NCBI GenBank assembly: GCA_040400605.1
Contig: JBBAPZ010000002.1
Coordinates: 225,179 to 252,838, forward strand
Length of the DNA stretch: 27,660 bases
Source of the DNA: Candidatus Sericytochromatia bacterium
GTDB taxonomy: Bacteria > Cyanobacteriota > Sericytochromatia > S15B-MN24 > JAQBPE01
Direction: 5' to 3'
Below, in pieces: positions 1-7,985 of the stretch. The notes below the pieces were generated by a model. It searched no databases and had not been told where the DNA came from. It worked only from the letters and a program-made list of their open reading frames with translations. Each line of letters opens with the position of its first letter. Position 1 is the stretch's first letter. The position numbers and the translations under genes are program-made.

Positions 1-127
1 GTCCACGCAGTCTTTGGCTGAAGGTTCTCTTAGCCTTTTTTGGGGTAAGTGACAAACAGGTGCCGTGCGGGTATCAATGAACAGGGATGGGTTGAGGTGG
101 GTGTGCAATCGGAGCCGACGGTCATTC

Positions 128-1117
128 GTGAGTGAGCGAGACACCTACCAACGCCAGACTGGGCCACTCAACCATATCAACCAGACCCGCCCGCTGCGCA
201 CTGCTCCCAGCACACCGGCCGCGGTCGATCAGCTCCGACAGGCCGCGGAAGACTTTTTGGCTCGCGCGCGCCAGTCGCTGGCCAACCTCGAACCTCGGCT
301 CGAATTGCTGATGCGCGCCTGTGAGCGCGCGGACATTCCCGTGCCCGGCGTCAAAGAGCCCGTTTACCGTTATCCCCCCTCAGCCAAAGGGGAGCAAATC
401 ATTGCGTATCTGATCGCGACCTTCGCCAGGCGTGAGGATCTCGTCAAGGAGGTGCAGGTCGGTTTGTTCCGCTTTTATGACGCAGTGCAATGCACGGACA
501 GCACGGAAAAGGCCCTGCAGACCAATACGCTGGATCCCACGATGCTGGAGGATCTGAAACTGCGCTTATTCTATCTGTCCCGTTATCACGAAGCCTTTAA
601 AGGTGACCGCGTGCTGTCGCAGTTGTTTCCGACGCCGCCAAGCTCGCCATCGGAAGCGGATGACAAGTCGCGTCGCCTCACCCCCGCGGAACGCGTGCGT
701 CAAAAACAGCAACGCGAGCGCGCGATCAACGAAGCGGAAATTCTGGTCGCTAACATGGCCGCACGGGTCGCCGTGATCAAATCTGCCTTGTCCATGGTAG
801 ACGAACACCGTGGCATCCGCATTGGAGCGATGATCGCGCCGCAAGCGCGTTCAGCCCGCCTGTTGGCGATCGCCATCGCAACCAACCTAGAGGTCTTCGA
901 CCTGCTCAAGGATTTTCTCGCTGCCTATACGCGTTTGCAAGAATGCCTGCAGGAAGTTCGCCACGGCGCGGATGTGGAACAACTCAAATCCCCTGTCGAG
1001 GGTGTCACCGACCTCGTCGAGCGCGGTCGCCAGCAGGTGCTGTTGCGGGATGTGTTTCCGCCCGGCGATCAACCCGGCATCTCCGGGACGACCGCACCCT
1101 TGCCCCCCCTCTCCTGA
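128..1117 (+). CDS. Hypothetical all-alpha-helical protein (~329 aa) with an apparent internal two-domain duplication
   Basis: Long ORF (track 65..1117) with protein-like amphipathic helical composition. GTG at 128 after GGAG (111-114) taken as the likelier start, but the start is uncertain. No family motif recognised. Confidence 0.75.
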   Translation: MSERDTYQRQTGPLNHINQTRPLRTAPSTPAAVDQLRQAAEDFLARARQSLANLEPRLELLMRACERADIPVPGVKEPVYRYPPSAKGEQIIAYLIATFARREDLVKEVQVGLFRFYDAVQCTDSTEKALQTNTLDPTMLEDLKLRLFYLSRYHEAFKGDRVLSQLFPTPPSSPSEADDKSRRLTPAERVRQKQQRERAINEAEILVANMAARVAVIKSALSMVDEHRGIRIGAMIAPQARSARLLAIAIATNLEVFDLLKDFLAAYTRLQECLQEVRHGADVEQLKSPVEGVTDLVERGRQQVLLRDVFPPGDQPGISGTTAPLPPLS

Positions 1118-1157
1118 GCCAACCGCGCCCTGCGGCGATCGCGCAAACCAACCGCTC

Positions 1158-2666
1158 TCACGGTGTCGGCTGCAACATCCTCAGCCGTGCACCCTCTGTC
1201 ACCGTGCCGTTGTCCAGGAAGTACAGCGCGCGCAGTTTGCCATTACCATCCAAGCGCGCAGCCAACCCCAGCACGGCACCCAAGCGGGCATTGGCCGCAC
1301 TGCCATCCGCAAACCCGCCAGTTATCCCCCCAGCCAACGTGGCTGTCGTGCCGTCAGCCGCAATGCGGCGCAGACGCGGGGTGCCAAGTTCGCCCACATA
1401 GACGTTGCCTTCGTGATCAGCAATCACCGCAACCGGGGTGTCAAAACGTGCCGCACTCCCGACACCATCATCATGCCCTTTCACACCCGCCAAACTGCCC
1501 GCAATTGTCGTCACCTGTCCAGTACCGACATCAATCAGCCGAATGCAATGATTGCCAGTATCAGCGACATACAACACATCTTGCCCACCCCGTTTCCCCG
1601 CACACATCGCACCAGGGTCACGAAAGCGTGCCTCACTGCCCGCCACCGGCCCGGCCACCGCCGCGCCACCGGCCCGGCCCTTGCCCCCGGCAACAAAACT
1701 TAACGGACGATTATTGTTATCGCCAAGCTGCTGAATGCGGCTTACAGTATGAAAGCCTGCATCCAACACATACAAGTCATCACCCAGACGGGTCACGGCA
1801 CCAGGCGTGTGAAAAGGCGCGATGGCCGCTGCACCCTGGGTGTTTCCTTCCACGTACGCAACGGTCGCCGGATCAATCGTTTTGGAACCGGCAACGACCT
1901 CAAAGCTTCCTTCCGGTATGGCGAAGGCGTTGCCGGTCAAACCCACGCGAATCACGCGATGCTGGCCCGCGTCCGCCGCATACACAACCTTGGCCGCCGC
2001 ATCGTAACAAAGCCCCATCGGCTGAAGGACACCCGCGAATATCAACCACGATACGGTCATGATCCCACCGGTGCTGAAGGTCTGGTGAATCGAATTGCCC
2101 GCGGGATTGCTAAAAAAGACGGTGGGGTCCACTGTCGTCGAAAAATCGTTAAGACTCAGCCCCACGGCACGCGTGTTTTTTTGAATGTACGCGTTGTCCC
2201 CAGCACCTGAGGTTTGGGTACCGCTTAACTGCCCGCCCGCCAAACTGGTGAGCGTATAGGCCGCCGTTGTGACGGACTGAATCACGACACTGGGTGACGG
2301 CGACGGGGTGGGCGAGGGACTGACGGAAGGCGCGGTTGAAACCGCGGGCGAGGTGCTGGCTTCGGGGCTGCCACCTGGAGACACGCTGGCAGACGGGGAG
2401 GCGGATGGGCTCGGTATGGTGCTTGGTGACGGACTGGTCCCGGGTGAGGCACCCGTTCCGGTCGACGGCGTGGGGCCGGGCGTTGCTGAAGCGCGTGGTG
2501 ACACCGACACGCCGGGTGAACGTGTTGCACCCTGTGAGGGGACCTTGCGGCCGTTGGTAACAGACTCTTTGCCAGTTACCGCAACGGGGGGGGTTACCCC
2601 TTGGCAGGCAAATCCGGCAAATGTCAGGGTGGTGAGCGTCAGTGCCTGCAGGGATTTGATTTTCAC
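1158..2666 (-). CDS. Predicted lipoprotein: Ser/Pro/Thr-rich linker plus NHL-repeat beta-propeller (~502 aa)
   Basis: GTG at 2666 lies 7 nt after GGAG and gives MKIKSLQALTLTTLTFAGFA-C (signal peptide with lipobox Cys). NHL-type blades VYAADAGQHRVIRV, LYVLDAGFHTVSRI, LYVADTGNHCIRLID, with DG..SAARFDTP and GFADGSAANAR linkers. Confidence 0.85.
   Translation of the reverse strand: MKIKSLQALTLTTLTFAGFACQGVTPPVAVTGKESVTNGRKVPSQGATRSPGVSVSPRASATPGPTPSTGTGASPGTSPSPSTIPSPSASPSASVSPGGSPEASTSPAVSTAPSVSPSPTPSPSPSVVIQSVTTAAYTLTSLAGGQLSGTQTSGAGDNAYIQKNTRAVGLSLNDFSTTVDPTVFFSNPAGNSIHQTFSTGGIMTVSWLIFAGVLQPMGLCYDAAAKVVYAADAGQHRVIRVGLTGNAFAIPEGSFEVVAGSKTIDPATVAYVEGNTQGAAAIAPFHTPGAVTRLGDDLYVLDAGFHTVSRIQQLGDNNNRPLSFVAGGKGRAGGAAVAGPVAGSEARFRDPGAMCAGKRGGQDVLYVADTGNHCIRLIDVGTGQVTTIAGSLAGVKGHDDGVGSAARFDTPVAVIADHEGNVYVGELGTPRLRRIAADGTTATLAGGITGGFADGSAANARLGAVLGLAARLDGNGKLRALYFLDNGTVTEGARLRMLQPTP
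2290..2535 (-). repeat. Low-complexity Ser/Pro/Thr coding tract (about 80 aa) in the lipoprotein
   Basis: Translation SPGVSVSPRASATPGPTPSTGTGASPGTSPSPSTIPSPSASPSASVSPGGSPEASTSPAVSTAPSVSPSPTPSPSPS; boundaries approximate. Confidence 0.8.
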
Positions 2667-2834
2667 GAGCATTCTCCGGCATCGGCTGGTTGAACTGTTG
2701 TCTTTATACCCCGTTGTCGGCCCCTCATCGCCATCGTTCAAGCAATAAAACCATCGTGAACAGGCAATGAAAGGTCAGGAATGGCTGCGGTCAACCTTGC
2801 GCGTGGGGTGGACACCATGTGGGCGGCCCATCGG

Positions 2835-4187
2835 TCACGAACCGCCGAATTGTCGTTGGCTGACCGACTGGAATTTGGTGAGATTTTTTTCGAAATAGAG
2901 GTCAATTTGACCCACCGGACCGTTGCGGTGTTTGGCAATGATAAGCTCCGCAAGGCTCTTTTTGTCGGTGTCGGGATTGTAATACTCGTCCCGGTAAATG
3001 AAAATGACGATGTCCGCGTCTTGCTCGATGCTGCCTGATTCTCTCAAGTCTGAGAGCATGGGGCGTTTGTTGGGGCGACTCTCCACGGCGCGACTCAATT
3101 GGGACAACGCGATGACCGGCACCCGCAGTTCGCGGGCCAATTGTTTCAGTCCGCGCGAGATGGCTGCCATGGCGGTTGCGCGGTTGTCGTCCGCGCGCGA
3201 GCTCTTGCTGGGACTGCTCATCAGTTGGAGGTAATCCACCATGATCATCCCCAGGTCACCGTTCTCGGCCATAATCCGGCGGGCCTTGGAACGAATGTCC
3301 GCAACCGACAGATTCGACGAGTCGTCGATGAAAATGGGGGCTTCCGAGAGTACACCGATGGCTTGGGTCAATTTGCTCCAGTCGGATTCGCGCAGGTATC
3401 CCGACCGCAATGCTGCCGAATCGATGCCCGCTTCCGCGCAAAGTAGTCGCTGCACCAATTGCTCCTTTGACATTTCCAAAGAGAAGAGCAACGTGGGCTT
3501 GTTGGCCTCTACCGCCACGTTGCGGCAGAAATTCAACGCCAGACTGGTTTTGCCCATTGCCGGTCTGGCGGCGAGGATCAAGAGATCCGATGGCTGGAAG
3601 CCACTCAACATGGTGTCCAGGTCATAGAAGCCGGAGGGTGCGCCAAGCAAGGCGTTTTTGTCCGCGTAGCGTGATTCGATGGTTTCAAAGGTATCCAGAA
3701 TGACATCCTTGATCGGGGTCATGCTACCGGATGCCCGCTTTTGGCCGATTTCAAGGATGCGGCGCTCCGCATCGTCAAGAACCGCTTCGACATCATCCTC
3801 CGCGGCGAATGCGGCGTGGACGATGTCAGAACCGGTGCGAATCAATTGCCGCAAAATTGCCTTGTCAGCGACGATCTTCGCGTAGTACTCCGCATGGGCG
3901 GTGGTGGGGATGGAACTTGCGAGGTCCACCAGATAGCCGTAACCGCCAATGTCCTCCAACTGATTGGAAAGGGCGTCACGTAAGGTGATGAGATCGACCG
4001 GCTCGCCCCGTTCGAAGAGGTTGTAGATGGCTTCGAAGATCAACCGGTGCGCCTGGCGGTAAAAGCAATCAGTGTTCAACACTTGCAACACGCGGGTGAT
4101 GGCTTCGCGGTCGATCAGCATCGCCGCCAACACCGCTTGTTCCGCTTCAATATTATGGGGCGGAACCCGCTCGATCAAATCGGCCAT
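2835..4187 (-). CDS. dnaB: Replicative DNA helicase DnaB (450 aa, no intein)
   Basis: PPHNIEAEQAVL N-terminus, Walker A ARPAMGKT, FSLEMS, MVDYLQL, ALSQLSR, DLRESGSIEQDAD, IIAKHRNGP. Confidence 0.98.
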   Translation of the reverse strand: MADLIERVPPHNIEAEQAVLAAMLIDREAITRVLQVLNTDCFYRQAHRLIFEAIYNLFERGEPVDLITLRDALSNQLEDIGGYGYLVDLASSIPTTAHAEYYAKIVADKAILRQLIRTGSDIVHAAFAAEDDVEAVLDDAERRILEIGQKRASGSMTPIKDVILDTFETIESRYADKNALLGAPSGFYDLDTMLSGFQPSDLLILAARPAMGKTSLALNFCRNVAVEANKPTLLFSLEMSKEQLVQRLLCAEAGIDSAALRSGYLRESDWSKLTQAIGVLSEAPIFIDDSSNLSVADIRSKARRIMAENGDLGMIMVDYLQLMSSPSKSSRADDNRATAMAAISRGLKQLARELRVPVIALSQLSRAVESRPNKRPMLSDLRESGSIEQDADIVIFIYRDEYYNPDTDKKSLAELIIAKHRNGPVGQIDLYFEKNLTKFQSVSQRQFGGS

Positions 4188-4224
4188 CTGCCTCTACTTT
4201 CCAACGGACACACCCTTCAATGGC

Positions 4225-4671
4225 TCAAGCCTCAACAACCTGAACCGTCACGCTCGCATGAACCTGTGCGTGCAGGCGCGCATCGACTTGGTAGGTTCCC
4301 AACGCCCGAATCGGCTCCTTGAGTTCCAACTTGCGCTTGTCCAACTGATGGGGCGTCTGTTGGGAAATGGCATGCGCGATCTCCTTCGTCGTGACAGTCC
4401 CATACAATTTGCCACCCTCTCCCGATTTGGCCTGCAGAATAATTTTGAGATTTGCCAATTCCCGCCCGAGTACCTGCGCCTGCTCAAGCAAACGCGCTTC
4501 GCGCTTTTGCTCCGCTTTGCGACGCTCCTCCAGTTGCTTCATTGCCGCGGGCGTCGCCTCAGCGGCCAACCCACGCGGAAACAGGAAATTTCGCGCATAC
4601 CCTTCCGATACATCAACCAAGGCACCCAGGCGACCCAGGTCTTTGACGTCTTTAATGAGGATTACCTTCAT
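4225..4671 (-). CDS. rplI: 50S ribosomal protein L9 (148 aa)
   Basis: [33 protein letters not shown] at 4671 after AAGGAG; usual rplI-dnaB adjacency. Confidence 0.97.
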   Translation of the reverse strand: MKVILIKDVKDLGRLGALVDVSEGYARNFLFPRGLAAEATPAAMKQLEERRKAEQKREARLLEQAQVLGRELANLKIILQAKSGEGGKLYGTVTTKEIAHAISQQTPHQLDKRKLELKEPIRALGTYQVDARLHAQVHASVTVQVVEA

Positions 4672-4716
4672 GCGTGCACTCCTTCTCACCCATTGAGCCA
4701 CACCGTGGCATCCCCC

Positions 4717-4722
4717 ATTATA
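4717..4722 (-). promoter_or_regulatory. Candidate -10 box (TATAAT) for rplI-dnaB
   Basis: Perfect TATAAT on the minus strand 45 nt upstream of the rplI ATG; no convincing -35. Confidence 0.5.
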
Positions 4723-4775
4723 CACCTTGCCAGAAACCAATCACCCAACCGAGGCCTCGCACCCCCTGGCTCCTG

Positions 4776-4805
4776 TTGTGTGCCGCGGTTGCTCTCCGTT
4801 ACAAT
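4776..4805 (+). promoter_or_regulatory. Candidate sigma70 promoter TTGTGT-18-TACAAT for the 61-aa ORF
   Basis: TTGTGT 4776-4781 and TACAAT 4800-4805, just upstream of AGGAGG (4812-4817). Confidence 0.45.
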
Positions 4806-4824
4806 GCCACCAGGAGGCTTCAAG

Positions 4825-5010
4825 ATGCTGACAACGTTCGCGCTGGTTGGAACACTCGTTTCCGGGGGGCTGCTGTGGCGGCTCAAGGGCCAGTGGGCTG
4901 AGTATCACCGTGGCCATATCGGGCGTCCCGCGTTGACCAATGGTGTGATGCTTGCCGGTGGCACCACCGGCTTGACGCTCCTCATGTGGTTGATGAAGAT
5001 CGTTTTTTAA
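4825..5010 (+). CDS. Small two-helix membrane protein (61 aa), unknown function
   Basis: AGGAGG 7 nt before ATG 4825; MLTTFALVGTLVSGGLLW..GVMLAGGTTGLTLLMWLMKIVF has two hydrophobic segments; fills the gap between rplI and the next gene. Confidence 0.75.
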   Translation: MLTTFALVGTLVSGGLLWRLKGQWAEYHRGHIGRPALTNGVMLAGGTTGLTLLMWLMKIVF

Positions 5011-5609
5011 AAGGTGAAGCCCAGTTCTTTTTGTCGAAGGTCGGCATAAGTGATGCTGAAGCGTTGATCCGTGAAAACCAGTCGCTCGGCGCTCCAAAGG
5101 CTGTCAGCCGCTGCGTGGCCGCTGATGCGGTAAACCTCGGGCGCCCGTCGCTCGTTGCGCTGGGCCTCGTAAACACCGTTGCCGTTGGTATCCTCCCAAG
5201 CCATCACGACATAGATGCCTCGTGCGGTGCGCGGTGAGGGCCGGATGAACAGCTCATACCGATTGGCGCGGGGTTCCACGCTTTGCTCGAATGCGACGGT
5301 TTGGCCTTGCAGCAGGTCGACTTGAAGTTGCCCGCCATTGACGGCGCTCTCGCGGTTTAATTCGACCCAGGCGAAGTAGCCTATTCGTACGGCTGGGGGG
5401 GGCTGGGTGATGCTGCCGGATGCCAGAAGCGGCGTCAAATGACCATTGCCGAGGTTGGCTGCGCCGATGAGGCCCACAAGGTTGCAGCCTTGGGTCACCA
5501 AAAGGGTGAAAGCCAGGCAAAGCCGCCACGTCTGGCGTTTTGACGGGAGGGGCGTCTTCACCGGGCCTTTGTGGGTGGGGCTGGGGTTTGGTGTTTGCAC
5601 TGGTGTCAT
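5007..5609 (-). CDS. Predicted lipoprotein (~200 aa) with a DxNxNG calcium-binding-like loop
   Basis: ATG 5609 overlaps the desulfurase stop (ATGA). KRQTWRLCLAFTLLVTQG-C lipobox; GIYVVMAWEDTNGNGVYE motif; beta-strand-like composition. Start could be slightly downstream. Confidence 0.75.
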   Translation of the reverse strand: MTPVQTPNPSPTHKGPVKTPLPSKRQTWRLCLAFTLLVTQGCNLVGLIGAANLGNGHLTPLLASGSITQPPPAVRIGYFAWVELNRESAVNGGQLQVDLLQGQTVAFEQSVEPRANRYELFIRPSPRTARGIYVVMAWEDTNGNGVYEAQRNERRAPEVYRISGHAAADSLWSAERLVFTDQRFSITYADLRQKELGFTF

Positions 5610-6775
5610 CCAAGGAGTGTGTGGGCGGGGCGGAGTGAGGCGATCGCCTGTATCAAGTCGGTGGTCGCGTGATCGATTTCGGCTTGGGTGTTGCCGCGGC
5701 CGATGCCCACACGGATCGTGCCCGTCGCCCATTCCGGCTCAAGGCCGATGGCCTGCAGCACGTGCGAGGGGCCGGGTTTGCCAGCCGCACAGGTGGCACC
5801 GGCGGAGATCGCCAGGTTTGGCACGGCCGCCATCAATGCGCCGGCCTGAATGCCTTGGATGGCAACGCTTAAATGCCCATCGAGCCGTTGCGTGCGATCG
5901 CCCAGGATACGCAGCGCGGGAACCCCTGCCAGCAACGCTTCGGCCATGCGCTCGCGCAACCCGCGAAGGCGTTGACGTTCCTCGGGTGCCTTTTCAACCG
6001 CCAATGTCGCAGCAGCGCCCAGGCCCACGATGCCCGGCACGTTTAAGGTGCCAGAACGCCGCCCGCGTTCGTGTTCACCGCCATAAACCATCGGTTCAAG
6101 GGCAACGCGTGGGTTGCGGCGCCTCACGTACAAGGCCCCGACACCTTTGGGCCCATAGATTTTGTGGCCTGACAAGGAGAGCAAATCGAAACAGTCAGTA
6201 TCTGGGTGCAAGGGGATGCGACAGAAGGTCTGGGTGGCATCGATGTGCAGCAAGACGCCGCGTTGGCGCGTAATGGCACCGATCGGCGCGATGGGTGTTA
6301 GCGTGCCGATTTCGTTGTTGCCGTGAATGAGGCTGACCATGCGGGTGTCCGGTCGGATGGCCGAGGCGATCGCCTCAGGGGCCACGCGCCCCGCGTCATC
6401 CACGCCAAGCACGGTGACATCCACCAAGTCACCTCGCAACGCGTCCAGACACCGCAACGTCGCGGCATGCTCTACAGCTGAAGTGATGATGTGTACACGG
6501 CCTGCGCCAAAACGCCGCAGTGCTCCTTGAAGGGCCAGGTTGATCGATTCGGTGGCCCCGGATGTGAAAACGATTTCCTCGGGATGGGCGCCCAGAATCG
6601 CTGCAATCTGACGCCGTGCCTTTTCGATTGCGTGATGGGCCTGACGGGCGAAGGCGTGCCCCAATGGCTGTGGATTGGCGAATGTTTCACAAAAATACGG
6701 CAGCATCGCTTCGAGCACGAATGGATCCACCGGCGTGCTGGCATGATGGTCCAAATAGATGGGTTGGCGTGTCAC
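5606..6775 (-). CDS. iscS: Group I (IscS/NifS-like) PLP-dependent cysteine desulfurase (~389 aa)
   Basis: IYLDHHASTP, IVFTSGATES, SAVEH, NNEIGT, HIDATQ, SGHKIYGPKG (PLP Lys), RSGTLNVPGI, SAGATC (catalytic Cys), PSHVL. GTG 6775 after GGAGG. Confidence 0.92.
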   Translation of the reverse strand: MTRQPIYLDHHASTPVDPFVLEAMLPYFCETFANPQPLGHAFARQAHHAIEKARRQIAAILGAHPEEIVFTSGATESINLALQGALRRFGAGRVHIITSAVEHAATLRCLDALRGDLVDVTVLGVDDAGRVAPEAIASAIRPDTRMVSLIHGNNEIGTLTPIAPIGAITRQRGVLLHIDATQTFCRIPLHPDTDCFDLLSLSGHKIYGPKGVGALYVRRRNPRVALEPMVYGGEHERGRRSGTLNVPGIVGLGAAATLAVEKAPEERQRLRGLRERMAEALLAGVPALRILGDRTQRLDGHLSVAIQGIQAGALMAAVPNLAISAGATCAAGKPGPSHVLQAIGLEPEWATGTIRVGIGRGNTQAEIDHATTDLIQAIASLRPAHTLLG

Positions 6776-6861
6776 GGTACGGCCCTCCGGGCCGATCATG
6801 ATACGCTATCACTGTTTAGGCGACCACGTATCCAGACGAATTGGTGAGGCATGTTGTGACA

Positions 6862-7812
6862 ATGCGAGACAAACAGGCTTGGCTGATAATGTGTCCCCGC
6901 CGTTCCTGGCTGCGTCTTGCGGGCGGTGACCGTCTGCGATTTTTGCAGAATATGACCACGACGGATGTCGGCGCCCTGCAACCAGGGCAAACGGCGCAAG
7001 GGGTCTTTGTTAACCAGCGTGGCCTGGTGCTGGACTGGGTGGATTTTTGGGCGCATGACGGGGCCGTGGAGGTTCTGACGGGACCATCGCGAGTGGATGC
7101 GTTGTTTGATTGGTTGGATCGCTACCTCATCGCGGATGACGTCACGTTGACCCTAACCAGTGGGGAACTGTCAGTCATGATGATCGGCGGGGAGGCGCTG
7201 GTTGAGGTCTTGTCGGAAAATGTCGATGCCGGGCAATGGCCCGAGCCGGGTTCGCACGTCTTGCTTGATTTGGGGGGCGTTCCTTGTCGTATCGCTCCCG
7301 TGGCCGGATTGCCGGGAAAGACGTATTGGGTTCGTGTCGCCGCGACGCACACGGCGGCGTTGATTGGGTATCTGGAGACGCGGGGGGTGCAGCGTGAAAC
7401 GCCGGAGCGATTCCGCTTACGTTGTTTGACGTGGGGCGTACCGGGTGGCGAGTGTCTGACCCTGCTGGACGCCAATCCGTGGGAGTTGCGGCTTGATGCT
7501 GCGATCGCCACGACAAAAGGCTGCTACCTCGGACAAGAAGTCGTCACCCGACTCAAATCTTATGACAAGGTTCAACGCCATTTGATGGGTTTTTATTCGG
7601 ATACGCTCCTCTCGACTGGCACCCCACTCGTGACGGAAACATCTGAAAACGCCGGTCACGTCCTTGTCAGCGCCAGTGATCCGGATACACACCAGGTCTT
7701 TGGGCTTGCACTGGTGCGCCGACGCTACGCCGCGCCCGAGACACGGCTGGTCGTTCAGAACGAGAGCCCATCCACCCCGATCGTGCTGGTTGATTGCCCA
7801 TATTGGGAATGA
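6862..7812 (+). CDS. ygfZ: YgfZ/GcvT-family folate-binding Fe-S cluster assembly/repair protein (~316 aa)
   Basis: GGDRLRFLQNMTTTDV N-terminus and the YgfZ signature KGCYLGQE. Start could be as early as 6841. Confidence 0.9.
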   Translation: MRDKQAWLIMCPRRSWLRLAGGDRLRFLQNMTTTDVGALQPGQTAQGVFVNQRGLVLDWVDFWAHDGAVEVLTGPSRVDALFDWLDRYLIADDVTLTLTSGELSVMMIGGEALVEVLSENVDAGQWPEPGSHVLLDLGGVPCRIAPVAGLPGKTYWVRVAATHTAALIGYLETRGVQRETPERFRLRCLTWGVPGGECLTLLDANPWELRLDAAIATTKGCYLGQEVVTRLKSYDKVQRHLMGFYSDTLLSTGTPLVTETSENAGHVLVSASDPDTHQVFGLALVRRRYAAPETRLVVQNESPSTPIVLVDCPYWE

Positions 7813-7869
7813 GCCTTTCGAACGGGAATTCTGCACGTTTAAGGCTGGAAGGGGAACCTGATTGAAGGT

Positions 7870-7875
7870 TATAAT
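7870..7875 (+). promoter_or_regulatory. Candidate -10 box (TATAAT) upstream of the KamA-family gene
   Basis: Perfect TATAAT in the 173-bp gap, 110 nt before ATG 7986; -35 poor. Confidence 0.35.
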
Positions 7876-7985
7876 GGCCCTGACGCGTTGGACGAAGGGG
7901 TCCGGATGTGACGACAGGCCAAAACGTGCGGTGCCTAGTTTAGAGGCCCGAGTGTGGTCAAAGGGTTTGGTTAAGAGGTGCGACG

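Noticed and set aside
2835..4187. Possible DnaB intein, common in cyanobacteria
   Set aside because: Both usual insertion sites are continuous (MGK|TS and ESG|SIEQ) and the length is normal.
4072..4824. N-terminal part of the 312-aa + strand ORF 4072..5010
   Set aside because: Antisense to rplI and dnaB; only the last 61 codons have an RBS and credible composition.
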